64,000 bases of DNA, taken from Camelus ferus (taxonomy: Eukaryota). Location of the stretch: positions 72,728,001 to 72,792,000 of the forward strand of contig NC_045697.1 of assembly GCF_009834535.1 (NCBI RefSeq). Reading direction: 5' to 3'. The position numbers and the translations under genes were made by a program. Shown here in pieces: positions 26,901 to 39,939 of this stretch. A model generated the notes under the pieces. It was not told the origin of the DNA and did no database searches. It saw nothing but the letters and a program-made list of their open reading frames with translations. How positions within the stretch are numbered: the first letter of the stretch is position 1; every line of letters starts with the position of its first letter.

Positions 26901-27769
26901 TGGGTTTCAGTATTAGCCCAGGCATAATTGTTGAGGTCTTCCTTTCTATTCCACCACTTCTCTGAGGATTTAACCCTTTGTTTGGGGAAGCTTATGAATG
27001 TTCTAGTCTGTTGAAAAAGGTTAGATCACAAGGGAGAATCTGGATGGGACTCAGCAAGCTCCTAGCTGTTGGAGAATATCATTTCTGCCGAGAGTTCTGT
27101 GAGAGACATGCAGACAAACCACTGTTGATGGAAGGTTCACACCAGGCAGCTACAAAGAGCACACCTAACAGGGCTCCTTGTCATAGAAATGGACAGGCTT
27201 GCCTTGGCTCCCTATACCTAACCTTTGTTACTAGTGCCAGACAATGCTTGGCAGGCTCGAGATGCAATTTCACTCCTCTCCCGGGAGTCCCTAGGTCTTG
27301 TCTTTGGCATCTCACTCCAAGCTCTGTAGACATCCTACAAGTTCCTATGCCATCGACTCCTCTTTCCTCCTGAGTCTGGTTGATTCTCATTTAGTCTTGC
27401 CTGAGTGGGACGGTCAGGATCACCCTATAGTCTTTTATGAATCTCTTTTTTATGCCATGAACGCTGTGCTCTGCTTTCTGAGCCTTCCTTTCTGGTTCTT
27501 GAGAGTTTTTAATTCCCTTAATACTCTTGGCTCCTACAAATCAAAAACACTGTTTGCTTTTTAAAAATATTTTTGATATGAGTTCAAGAGCTTGTTTGAA
27601 ATTCAAAAAACAAGTACAAAAATTGAATATTGGCAGTTTCTTTTAATTTTTATTTTTGCTTCACAATTCTAATCTCCTTTATTCAAAGCAGATGCCTCTG
27701 ACTGGCTGGAGAATTACACATAAGGAAATATGATCAAAAATAATATTTAAAGCTATTTTCTCACTATGT

Positions 27770-28035
27770 AATAATGATAGTAACATTTATTGCCCTCTTA
27801 TTCTGTGCCAGAATCTGGGACAGTACACATGGATGATCTCATTTTGATTAAATAATTAAGGATTTGATTAATCAGTACAGTTTTAAGTGTTATATACCGT
27901 TACGTATTTTACAAGGAAGGATAGTAGAACTCTGAGAAGTTAAATAACTAGTTAAGCTTGTGGAGCTAGTAAGTCAATGGTCAGGCTAAAGTTCAAACCC
28001 GGGAAGTCTACGCAGAGCCTGTACTTACTGGCTGT
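27770..28035 (-). mobile_element. MIR SINE
   Basis: taacatttattg...tgtgccag...gagaagttaaataact...ttcaaaccc. Confidence 0.75.
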
Positions 28036-28306
28036 GCTCTCGAAATGTGTTCTGTATCAAGAAATTAACGTATTTACAGAAGTAGTTTTGGAAGATTAGT
28101 TTGGCATCTGCACAAGAGCCTAGAAAGAGGGTTATTGTTTTGAAGATTATTTTAGTCTTTCAATATGTCAAGTGCTATAGGCACAAATTCAAGTGAAGGT
28201 CCTAGATGTGTAGCCCCATGGACCAGGGAACTGTGAGCAACATGAAGACACAGAATTTAAGATTAGGAACTTTAGAAAGTGATAAGAAAATATAAAATAT
28301 CCTCTA

Positions 28307-28480
28307 GAAGTGTTTTCCAAACTTCTTTAGCCACAAAATCATCTGGGACACATGTTATAAACAAAACATCCTGAGCCCAACCCAACCAGTCTCTCAGGAG
28401 CGGATTTTGCAAGGGAATCTCCTTTTCTAAATGAGGATGCCAGTGATTTCTGTGATCAGATAAACTGAACAAGACTTTAT
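28307..28480. mobile_element. MER5-type hAT MITE
   Basis: agtgttttccaaactt...aatcatctggg...tcctgagcccaaccc. Confidence 0.55.
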
Positions 28481-29307
28481 AGAATAAGCCTTTTAATTTT
28501 TTTCTCTATAGAAGCTATGCATTGCTTAATTATAGTGGCTTTTCTTAACTCACTCGCACAATTTACTTTTCTTATAATTGGTGCTTAATGTATAGAGTGG
28601 TTAACAAGTTAGGCCAAGACAGGTAAAGGCTTTCAGTTCCACTAGTAAATCATCCAGATATGTTGAGGTTTATGCCATTGCCTCATTTTCACAGCAGCAC
28701 ACTGTGTTGATTTTGTGCCATTAGACATGTGGCACTTTCAGCTCTTTAACAGTGTCTATAAGAATAATGATTTGGCATGAGGCATATTTTCACAGATTTC
28801 ACAATACATCTGATTTATAAGGATACACATAATTTTTACAGAGGAAAATGTCTTGAGATATATAATTACCCAGGGGCATTAAATATAATAGCATACCAAG
28901 AATATCTAATCATATGGTAAAAAGATACCAAGAATATATCAACAATATCAAGTAAAAAGATTTGGAAAGTCTGGAGTAGGTCTTTAAAGAAATCTCTATT
29001 TTAATAGAATTAAGTAAGTAAGTAAGTCTGATGTGCACTCCATATTCAGAAGCACTATCCTAGACAGTGCTAGCTTCAAATTAAAGAAGAAAATGACCAA
29101 GCTAACATTTTAAATAATAACTTAAATTATGACTGAAAACTATACTGTTGTTGCCTAAATCAGGCAAAGCACCACCAAGACTCAGAAAAATGGAAACATA
29201 TCAAGGCCAAGGAGGGTACTGACAAGTCTCTAGTTGTTTCCCCTATAGAGTTTGGTTTCTGAAATATTGAAGCATTTTATCTACATGTATTTAACTTAGA
29301 GAAGGCT

Positions 29308-29387
29308 TTTTTTCTAACTGAATATTTCTTTCCATGAAACTCATATCTTTTTTCTAACTGAGTATTTCTTTCCATGAAACTCATATC
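29308..29387. repeat. 40-bp tandem duplication (2 copies, 1 mismatch)
   Basis: ttttttctaactga(a/g)tatttctttccatgaaactcatatc twice. Confidence 0.97.
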
Positions 29388-31954
29388 AAATAATCTTCAT
29401 TATTTCTGATACCTCCCTTTTTACAGTGAATGAGTCTGTATAACTTTTCAAGGACCCTCTGAGAAATTCTAAAGACATTTTAAAAACAAAAGATATCCTG
29501 AAAGTTATTTTATTTCACTTTATATTTAGGATTCAATCTTAAGAAGGAAAAAAAATAAGTTGTCAGGAGATTTGAATAATTAAGATGGAAATGTGAATGA
29601 TTGAGAAACATTTGATTACTCAGTTGAAAGTAACAATAAAACATTTAAAAATAAATGTAGGAAGCAACATGGTTATCAAGAACTGTAGCTCTTTCTTAAG
29701 TGAGGACGTTTTGTTTCCTTAAATGAACAAGGATGTAATAAAACTAAAAGAAAGCACAGAAAATTATTCTGGTAACACACAGAATCTTTGCCATCTAGAC
29801 AGATTACACAGAAAAAAAAACCTTTATATTTTAGAGGAAAGCAGTAAACAGTAGACTTGGGACATAAAACCATAAAAAATTGAGCAAAATTTGATACGAT
29901 TTTAACACATTTCTTTGCTTCTCAGACTCATTATTTATATATAGTAGAATCTGAGGAACATGAAATTCATTTTCTGCATTTATTCCACTTTCTGTATCCA
30001 TCAGGTTTTCTTTTGTCTTTCTTTTCCACTCTGGAACAATCAGTCACTTTACTTTAGGACAGAGCTGTTCTCTTTTTTCCTTAACAAAACCACATCTTAC
30101 TACTTTGCACATAAGATTGTGCCTCTCTGCCAAGAATGCTTATGGTAGAGTCTTATTCAAGTATATTAATTATAACTTTTAACCAAAGTGATTTCTATTT
30201 TACAGAGAAAACTCAGGGGATAGATAGTTGTCAACTGTCACAGACTAGCATTTTCGATGAGCAAGAGTGAATTGAAAACACATCAAACAACTTTCTGCAG
30301 ACACAGACATTTCTTATACAACTTCTCAAAAAACTAAAAAATATAGCCTCTCTGTACAATATAACCATAAGAAGCAAAAGCACATGAACTTAAAACTGTG
30401 CTTAGTAATCATCTTTAGTATTCTGTCTTAGAAATGATCTCAGTGTCCAATTAATACCCATTAAGTATCTCAGCTTCATAGTAGTCCTAAGATCTTGCAA
30501 ATTAATCTTCTAGCTTACATACTATAAAATATAATTACTGTTGAAACAAAAATTTTAGAATAATGAATCAATTTGGTTAAATGTCAATTTATATTTTTCA
30601 AAGCTTTACACAGTAAGTAGAAGTAACAGCAGCTTATTTGGTCACTACTTCTGTGTAAGTTTAGAAAGAACATGCTCAAATACACTAAAAATGAAAGCTC
30701 ATATTATACTTTCTGCTGATAAATTAGATAAGACATAGCTATTTTTATTAAATAGAAATAATAGATGCCTTGTATGTGTTGTCTTTCAAGACAACCGGTG
30801 GTCGTCTCCATCGCTTTTTGGGAATATAAGACATTTGGTGTGGAATGAGAGGGTCAGGAAAGAATGATTGGTATTGTATTGCTGATTTAAGTTACACTGA
30901 GTTATCAAATGGTTAGGAAGCGATGGTAATAAAGTAATCTCATACACAAATATACTTTCTGGCTTCCTACTCAAGTATACATCATTTAGGCATATTGACA
31001 GAGATAAACAAAACCAAAACCAATATAGTGTGGGACTAACTCATAAATAAAATATGTCTATGGTATACTTTTTATGAATTCATTTTCTGTAACAAAAGAT
31101 TCAGCTTTTTAAAAGAACAAAAGCTAAACAAACCCCCAAACACTCAGTACTTTAAATACAAGAGAATTTTAATATAGATAACCCTCTTGTGTGTGGTATT
31201 TCAGAATCCTGTGTTTCTATTGAACTTAGAAACATTTTTTTTCTCGTTATACATGGTTTGATGTCAACCCTTTAAGATACTGAGTATATCTCAGCAATGA
31301 CCTTAGTTGCCATATGTGTGTTAATGATGTCAGAAGAGATCTTGAATATTCTTTTAGTCTGTCCTTTTGTGGGGAATTGGAGATGGAAAGCGTTTGATCA
31401 TTTTATTTTATAATGTGTCTGAAAGTTATTGCACAATTAACTTTAATAAAATATTTTCAGCCTTGTCCTTAAACATTTCCTGAGGACATCAGTTAGAAAT
31501 GTGCTCTAGGACTTCATAATGATCATACCCTAACCTGTCTAAATAGAGGTGGTTTTTATTTCCTTACCTAATATCTGATTTAGAATACATATGGAAAATA
31601 GGATTATGCTTTTCATAAAGTTTTCTCTTATAGACTTTTCTCTTTATGTAAAGTAAAAAATATTTAAGCAAAGAATAAGGTTTAGCATTTAAGGTATTCA
31701 CTTACTATAAAGAGATAGAACCATGAAATCTTTTGAATGATAACCCACTCAAAAGATAATGTACTTTTATTGTATTGGATTGGGTATTGAGAGTTACCAT
31801 ATTTTAATCTCATCTAATCTTCAGCCTGTGTTCAAATTTCTGTTTGTCCTGAAAATGCTTTTTTTACTCAGTTTATTTGCACCAGAATTCAATCATATAT
31901 CACATATTATATTGAGTTGTTATGTATCTTAGATTTCTGAATCTAAAATATTTT

Positions 31955-33295
31955 CTTTTTTTCTTCCAGTTTTATTGAGATATAATTGACATACAGCACT
32001 GAATAAGTTTAGGCAGTACAGCATAATGATTTGACTTACATCATGAAATGATTTTTACAAAAGGTTTATAGAACATCTGTCATCTTGTATAGATATAAAA
32101 TTAAAGAAATAGAAAAAAAATTTTTTCCCTTGTAATGAGAACTCTTAGGATTTACTCTCTCTTAACAACTTTAATATATAACATACCCATAGTGTTAATA
32201 ATATTTACCATGTTGTACATTACATTCCTAGTACCTTTTTGTCATATAACTAGAAGTTTGTACCTTTTGGTTACCTTCCTCCAGTTCTCCTCCCCGCAAC
32301 CCCCTCCTCCCATAACCACAAATATTATCTCTTTTTCTATGAGTTTGTTTCATTTTGAAGTATAACTGACCTACAACACTATGCTAGTTCCTCTTGCACA
32401 ACATAGTGATTTCTATACATTTCAAAATGATCACCATAAGTCTCTTACCATTTGTCACCATACAACAGTATTACATAATTATTGACTATATTCCCCCACA
32501 CTGTACATTTCATACCTGTGATTCATTTATTTTGTAGTTGAAAGCTTGTACCTCTTAATCTCCCTCACCTATATCTCTCCTTCCTGCATTCCCCTCCACT
32601 CTGTCAATGACCTGTTCATTCTTTGTATTTATGACTGTTTTTGTTTAGTTATGTTTGTTCATTTGTTGTTTCTTAGATCCCAGTATGAGTGAAATTATAC
32701 AGTATGTGTCTTTGTTTGACTTATTTCACCTAGCATAGTATCCTTTACTTCTATCCATGTTGTTGCAAATGTCAAGGTTTCATTCTTTTCCGTGGCTGAG
32801 TAGTACTCCATTGTATGTATACCACATCTTTATTCATTCATCTGTTGGTGGGCACTTAGGTTGCTTCCATATCTTGGCTATCATAAATAATGCTTCAGTT
32901 AGTATAGGGGTGCATATATCTTTTTGAATTAGAGTTTTTGTTTTCTTTGGATTAATACCCAGGAGTGGAATTAATGGATCATATGGTCATTTTAAATTTT
33001 TCTTGTAAGGGATCTTGTTTTCTATAGTGGTTGTGTCAATTTACAGTCCCACCAATCACTTGTCTTCACATCCTTGTCAACACTTGTCACTTTTTGTCTT
33101 TTGATAATAGCCATTCTGACAGGTTGAGGTGGTACCTCATTGTGGTTTTGATTTGCAATTTCCTGATGATTAGTGATGTTGATCAACTTTTCATATGCCT
33201 GTTGGCCATCTGTGTATCTTCTTTGGAAAAATGTATATTCAGGTCCTCTGCCCATTTTTAAGCAGATTACTTCTTGTTTTGATATTGAGTTGTGT
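31955..33295 (-). mobile_element. 5'-truncated L1 (L1MA9-related)
   Basis: T-rich tail then tttattgagatataattgacat; antisense ORF2 C-terminus (PVRMAIIKR) at about 33020-33300. Confidence 0.9.
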
Positions 33296-33646
33296 CTCTT
33301 ATGTACCAAATCAGCAAATTAAAGAGATACAAAATTATTTCACCTATGCTAGACTTTTTTTTTAATAACAAAAATAGTAACATACAGTGTCAACCTTACC
33401 CTCATTCCCTTCCCCTTCCTCTCTTTCAACAGGCAACAGTTCTTTTGAGTATTTTTAAAACATTCTCCTTCTCTTATGGAAGGAATGAAAACAACAGTTA
33501 TCCATAATCCTATCATGTTTTCCTTTAATCATATTATAAGAAAATGTAAACATTTCTCTCCTTGTCCATCTAACTTAATGATTTCCAAATATCAATTTCA
33601 GAACTGTTCCTTCTAATATCTAAGGCCAATCTAATAGATTCTAAAC

Positions 33647-33957
33647 AGAGGTTACAAATGCAAAGGCCCCCAGGTACCAGCAGGAGATTAGAGAGCCACC
33701 ACATTAGAGTGGACATTCTGTCTGGATTGAGTTCATGTCCTGTTTATAGAAGGTAAATCCTCGCTACCATCTGGGAATGGCAACAAGTGACCGTCCAATA
33801 TTAAGTAGTCTGATTTTTGAAAGAAAACACGGAAATGTTGGTATCTTTATTTCTAGTTGTTAAATTTCGTCTACTTACAATTTATAAAAGCACCTTTTGA
33901 GTTAAATTAAACTGGTCGGTAGGCCAGAGATAGCTCGTGGTCTGCCACTTTGCAGCT
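33647..33957. mobile_element. hAT-type non-autonomous DNA transposon
   Basis: cagaggttacaaa start and ...gccactttgcagcta end resemble degenerate terminal inverted repeats. Confidence 0.45.
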
Positions 33958-34224
33958 ATAGTAAAATGGAGCAGCTGTAGCTATTTTTCTGATTGAGTGC
34001 ACTCTCTTCTTCCCCTGCCCTGGATTCTCTTATTTTTTTAACCACATTTTTAGTTCAGGTCTGGGCTTCCTGTCTGAGAAGCCCTCTGTGACTTGGCCTC
34101 ACTCTGCCATCCCAGCTTCAAGCCTGCTTCTCCCATTAAAGTTACTTACTTGCAGTCCACTGAACAGCGTTGGCATTGTTTTCCCCACAGTTTTGCTCCT
34201 GAAGTTGTGTCTACAGATGTGTCA

Positions 34225-34440
34225 CATAGTGCAAAGAGACTGAATTTGGATTTAGATAAACCTGTGTTTTCATTCTAGCTCAGTCACATTCTCTTTTTGA
34301 GCTTCCAGATAGGATACTTAACCCCTCTGGATGCTAGAGTCCTGACTGTACAATAGTATTATCATTCTGAAGTCTCAATAAAATGATGTAATGAAATACC
34401 TAACAAAGTGCTTAACACATAATGCATGTGTAATAAAATA
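34225..34440 (+). mobile_element. MIR SINE
   Basis: acttaacccctctgg...ctgtacaat...aaagtgcttaacacata. Confidence 0.55.
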
Positions 34441-34769
34441 TGCTCCTGCATCTGTAGATCCAAACTCTCATTTCTAATTATCTCACTCACGTTCTGTCTT
34501 CATCTTAATGTCTTCTCTCAAGTCCACTCCCTCCTCTCCTCTGAACTCCTGTAGAATTTATTTTCTCCATGGTATATTTGCCATCTTGAACAATTATGTA
34601 ACTTCTGTGCCAACTTTTCACATACTTGTCATCACTCTAACCACAATGTAAACTTGTATGGACAGAGATAACAATAAACAATTTTGAGTTGCTTGGAATA
34701 GCCCACAGTCTTTTACACATTCTTAATGTCTAGATGCCAACTAGTTTCTCTAGGTTTTTAGAGCCTCCA

Positions 34770-34900
34770 AATTGTAGGATAGAAAGAAATCTTAGAGATT
34801 ATTACTTCAATTGATCATTTTATAGATGAGGAAATTGGCTTCCTTGAAGTAGTTATCAGGGTGCCATGGATGGTGAGGGACAGAACTGGGGAACTGGAGT
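34770..34900 (-). mobile_element. MIR (MIR3/MIRc-like)
   Basis: cattttatagatgaggaaattgg core. Confidence 0.6.
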
Positions 34901-34939
34901 TAAACATGAAAAAATTTCAATTTGTCTACTCTTACAGTG

Positions 34940-35110
34940 TTCTTAGTGTGATAGCATTAGCTCTGCAGTGAAATATTTCACTCTAACTCTTCCTCTTACC
35001 AGCTATGTGAACTTATGCAAGTTATATAATATTTATGAGCTTTAATTTCTTAATTTCTCAAAAGGGGATGTTAAAACCTAAGAGTTCTTTGAGCATAAAT
35101 GAAGTAATAT
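34940..35110 (+). mobile_element. MIR SINE
   Basis: cttaccagctatgtgaacttatgcaagtta core. Confidence 0.6.
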
Positions 35111-35594
35111 ATATGGATATGTAAAAAAAGGTAATTTTTAACCTTTTTATCATTTTTTATAAAAATGAGAACTTATTCACATTTTTTATCATCACCTTTG
35201 ATGATACAAATTCTACTAATGTATTTATACGTTTGCTGACTCTGTCATTTCGGAAATTGGACAATGATGGTTGCCATCCTTTGTTTTAAGGACTGGATAC
35301 TTTAAAACACAATTATTTTTCAACCTTTGGTTCTTCAGGTCAAAAAATTTCAGCTCACCTAATCTTTCTTAAGACGTAGGATTTTGAAACTCATATCTTT
35401 ATAACTCTCCTGTAAACTTGCTTTATAATTTTTCCTCATTCTTTAATATGAAGTACATTATATATACATATATTTACTGCACATATTTTAAAAATTTACA
35501 TATATGTACTATTCATTGTTTCTAAGAATGTTTACAGCTTTAGGTTTTTAAACTTACATAGTTATCAAAGGAATAAAGCCAACCACAAAATAAG

Positions 35595-35771
35595 GATTGA
35601 TTCAAAAAGATACATACACCCTGCTATTACAGCAACATTATTTATAGTAGCCAAGATACGGAAGCATCCTAAGTGCACATCACTAGATGAATGGATAAAG
35701 AAGATGCAGCATGTATATGAAATGGATTACAACTCACCCATAAGAAAGAAGGATATTTTGCCATTTGCAGC
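35595..35771 (+). mobile_element. L1 ORF2 C-terminal fragment
   Basis: ttcaaaaagatacat...gatgaatggataaagaagatg...ttgccatttgcagc. Confidence 0.8.
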
Positions 35772-36832
35772 CCTTTATTCACTTTTTTTTCTCCAAAGTA
35801 CACTATATTGTAAAGCAGGGTTATTGCACTCATTATTTCTATGTTCTAATTCATTGTTTATCATGACTGTTTTAACTATCTGTGAATCTGAGTTTTATTT
35901 TTTCAATTTTTTAAACTCTTTTATTTCTTCACAAGGAAAACAGAAAAGGACACTAAAACTGGGAGAAAATATTTGCAACAAAAAGATCAGAGAATAGATT
36001 TGGAATCTGAGTTTTTGAGTTGTAATTATTTGGATTTGTTATTATTATGCCATTTTGGTGGTTGTGTTATACCGTCTTGCTTAAGAAATATTAAGTAATC
36101 ATTAGTCTGTATTCCCATTTTTAAAGTGTTACTAGTATAAACCTTTCTTGATACTCTGGAATACTGAAGATGCTTTCAGCCAAACATAAATAGATTTTCG
36201 GAAAGCCAGACTGAGCTGTACAAAAAAACACTCTGTGTCATTCAGAATAGAGAACTACTTAGTTCAGAAGTAGCTTTTATTGTCACATAAATATTGTCAA
36301 GTAAACAATTTATCAGTAACTTCAAGCATGTCCTTGCTGTGTAAAAGGCTGAGATTTTTGGGCTTCCTTCTCAGTGTTGTTCCCTTACGCTTTTTTTCTA
36401 CTTGTCCCATTAATAATCCATAGCATTTAGTGCTGGCTATTAAAAACCTCAAAACATATTTTTTAAATAAATAAATCAATAAATGCATGATAGCCCCTAA
36501 CAAGTTCTTCACTTCTCTCTCAACTCTGTCCTTTCTATTTTAGACATAAAGAATATTTACACATATTACTAATGTACAAAATGCTGTATTTTTCTGGTAA
36601 ATGAACACATACTCTTAATTCTTTAGCCCTTTGAGATGCTTGAAAAAAAACATAGCTTTTCTGGTCTAGACTTTTGTGAAAAATGTGTATTAGCTGGACA
36701 CCAAGAAATCTGGCATATTTTGAATGGAGAGTGCTCACAGAGAAGAAATGCCTCAAATCCCTAAAGCACTCGAAGTACTGTCATTAACTTGTGATTTCCT
36801 CGCAGAGGAAGGCAGAGGGAACAGCAGCATGG

Positions 36833-36892
36833 CATACAGAAAATAGAAATGGAGTGGACTGTTTTCATACAGAAAATAGAGATGGAGTAGAC
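36833..36892. repeat. 27-bp direct repeat, period 33
   Basis: catacagaaaatagaaatggagtggac and catacagaaaatagagatggagtagac. Confidence 0.9.
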
Positions 36893-36944
36893 CAGCAAAG
36901 TCTAGGGAAGTCTGGAAATTAAAGTGATCAATTGGATGGATTTA

Positions 36945-37170
36945 GAGCATAATTTAAGGGCACAAGCTTTAGAATCAGAATGCCTGAACTTGTACTCTCT
37001 TTTACTACTTGCTAGCAATGTACTAGCTATGTGCAAACTTCTCCTGTTTTAATTTCTTGATCGATATGGTGGGAATAATAGTTCCTGCCTCATATAATTG
37101 TTGTAAGGATTAAGAAGGCACTTTATAAAGTACATAATAGAATACCTGGCACGTGCTACAGATTGTTATT
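36945..37170 (+). mobile_element. MIR SINE
   Basis: gctttagaatcagaatgcctg...aataatagttcctgcctcata...cctggcac. Confidence 0.7.
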
Positions 37171-37347
37171 TTTAAAGGAGCTATAAATCAGAGGATTCTC
37201 ATGTTTGAGATTTGTAAGTCTTTTCTGGTGTACTCACATATATAGAGCAAGATAATTGGAAGCATCTTTGCATATAATTTTGTGAAATGAATGTATTTTT
37301 GATTATAGTTTTCAGGATCACATGGCTATCAAGTCTCAACTAAATTA

Positions 37348-37500
37348 TTCTTACTTTCTTTCCTTTCTCCTCTCCTCCTTCCCTCTCCCTCTCTCCCTCC
37401 TTTCCACCCTTCCTATCTTCTTCTTTCCTTCCTGTCTTTTCTTCCTACCTTCCCCATTCCTTTTCCCCTTTCTTTCTGCTTTCTTCTCTTCCTTTCTACC
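37348..37500. repeat. Polypyrimidine (CT-rich) low-complexity tract
   Basis: About 150 bp almost entirely C/T. Confidence 0.9.
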
Positions 37501-37504
37501 AGTA

Positions 37505-37562
37505 TTTACTACTTAACAAATGTGTTTCAGATCATCCTAGGTACTGACAATATTTTCTTTCT

Positions 37563-37623
<61 letters not shown>

Positions 37624-38070
37624 TAAAAGGAAGTAGCTATTCCTAACTGAGTCATTAAAGGACTTCATGAAAGAAAAATGTTTAAACTGAGCCTTGATTT
37701 TGTGTTCTCCAGGTGGTTAGGTAGACTGCAGAGTGGAACGGGGAAAGAGAAAAAAGGTGGAAGGTGCAGAATTACAAGGGACAGAGGCATGAAATAACAC
37801 AATGGTATTTATTGGTATGGTTAGAAAAAAATGACTTCATCGACAATTTTGGACATTATCACGATTATCATAATGTTTTCATTTGGGGAGTGATGTGATC
37901 ATGTTCACCTTCTGGCAACATTATAAAAAATGGATTAGAAGTGGTGGGAAGATTTAAGGATATTACTGTAATATTTCCAATGAAATACTCTCTGGCTAGA
38001 AGTATTCAGCGTGATGAGAGTGAACAGGTACTAGAAAGGGAGAATAGGCAGGATTTGATAACCAGTTAAG
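37505..38070 (-). mobile_element. Diverged L2 interrupted by the TCTA repeat
   Basis: ttaacaaatgtgttt tail, aactgagccttga, gagtgatgtgatc, caggatttgataac. Confidence 0.5.
37563..37622. repeat. (TCTA)15 perfect microsatellite
   Basis: Counted directly. Confidence 0.98.
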
Positions 38071-38489
38071 CCTACAATAATTATATACCATTTCCTAGAT
38101 TATGTTTGCCCATGGAAAGTCAAGAGCTGATTCCCATGTGCAAATACTTGACTGTCCTTGACTTGGGGGTGATTCAAGGTCTCTGCCTCCACATAGTACT
38201 GAATAACCCCGCTTCCCACATTGTTGCTGTAATCAGTATTACCAGCACCGCTGAACTTCATTTCTGGCTTTAGCTGCTCTTGCCTCCTCCCTTGGTCTCA
38301 TTTTTGTGGCTGTTCCTGCTGGTTCTAGTCCAATGTCATTATCGTTATTGCTGTTTTGCTGGCTCCATTGCTACTGTGGTTGTGAGCAACCCCAAGATTA
38401 TCCAGGACTGCTGCCCCAATCATGTTTAAAGGATCCAGTTCATCTGCAGTTGGTATCATAGCTGACCCTGATCTTGTTTTACTATGAAC

Positions 38490-38745
38490 ATGGAATATAG
38501 AAAAAGTAATGTGCTTTTCAACCAGTAAAGTTGAGATTTCGTTTTTAGCTCTGCCACTTACTAATTCCGTGACACTTTGGGTAAGTTACTCAAACTCTAA
38601 GTCTTAGTTTCTTTATCCTTAAAAATAGGATAGTACTAATTATCATATAGGATTTTTCTGAGGACTCAATGACTACATGTAGTTAAACTTCCTAACATGC
38701 TGTTGGCATATAGTGTGGCATAGGTAATTACTTTTTTATTACTAT
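38490..38745 (+). mobile_element. MIR SINE
   Basis: agctctgccacttacta...tgggtaagttact...gtttctttatc. Confidence 0.75.
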
Positions 38746-39506
38746 CTTAATACTTTCATGGACATACTTGAGTTCCACTGCCACTTTCACTCTGTTCTGC
38801 CTACCAAAGCTGGCTGCAATTTTGTTTCCCCAAAGCTCTCATTTTCCCAAAGTTCTACTTGTGGATAACAGGTTAAAGAGATAATTTACACAACTCCAGC
38901 TAGAACAGTGTCTGCAACATATGGTTGCTTGATACATGTTAACCTCACTCCCATTACTGTTGCAGCACACTCTCATTGGGTTGCTTTTCCACAGATTCTG
39001 TCCTTTGGTGCTGTAATTCCTCTATTTGCGTTCTCTTGTGGAAGTCTGAATCTCAGTGTATAAATTCACCCTGTTATGTAACTCAAATGACCAAATAGTC
39101 ATTGATTACAGTTGATTATAGTTAGTTATAAAGTGGAACACGATGGAAGCCAGACTGAGCAGAACTGTGGTTGGAGAAATTAAATGGGTTATACCAGTTG
39201 AATCTTGAGGCAGCTGAAGTCAGTACACTAATCCAAAGAGAGTGGCAAGCTCAACTGAGATCTGGACATTTGTTCTAAGCATGAGGATTAATATGCAGCC
39301 ATAGCGGATTCCCCAAATCAAGTAGGCATTGAAGTTTTGAGCCAATACTATACTCATAACAGAACCCTAGACTATGATAGCCAACATAGAAACTGCTTAT
39401 GGGATATCCCTCTCTATTCCATGTGACTGACAGTTATTGAGAGGAAATATGGCCTTGGACACCCAAAAAGGCAAGAAGAGTTCAAGGAAAAGGTCATTCC
39501 TAATAA

Positions 39507-39770
39507 GGCATGACATAATGGTTAGGAGCATGGTCCGTGGGGCCAGATTACCTGGGTTCAAATCTTAGTTGTACTACTTATAGTGACTTTGGGAAACTTG
39601 TTTAACTTCTCTCTGATTAGATATCCTCGTCTGTGAGATAGGGATGGTAATGTTATCTACTTCATAACGTTGTGGCAAGAATTTAATAAGATTAATAAGT
39701 ATTAAGTGCTGTGAAAAATGCCCTGCATATAGTTGACACTCAACAAATATTTGCTATATTATTATTACTT
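39507..39770 (+). mobile_element. Near full-length MIR SINE
   Basis: atggttaggagcatgg...cctgggttcaaatc...cctcgtctgtgagatagggat...ctcaacaaatatttgctat. Confidence 0.9.
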
Positions 39771-39939
39771 CCACTAGGTAGGGAAACCAAGATAAATAAG
39801 AGTCCCAAAGATGGATTCAGTAGATTCTTTAGGTGAAAGAAGAAGAAAATTCAGGAGAAATTTGCAGCCTGAAAAACAACTCAGGAGGACTTATGTGGCA
39901 CAGTGACAATCACATTAAGTTAGTGGGGCTGAGGTTGTA

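Noticed and set aside
26978..27564. 131-aa and 88-aa plus-strand ORFs in a GC-elevated block
   Set aside because: The 131-aa ORF starts at TTG, not ATG; neither has recognisable homology or convincing splice structure.
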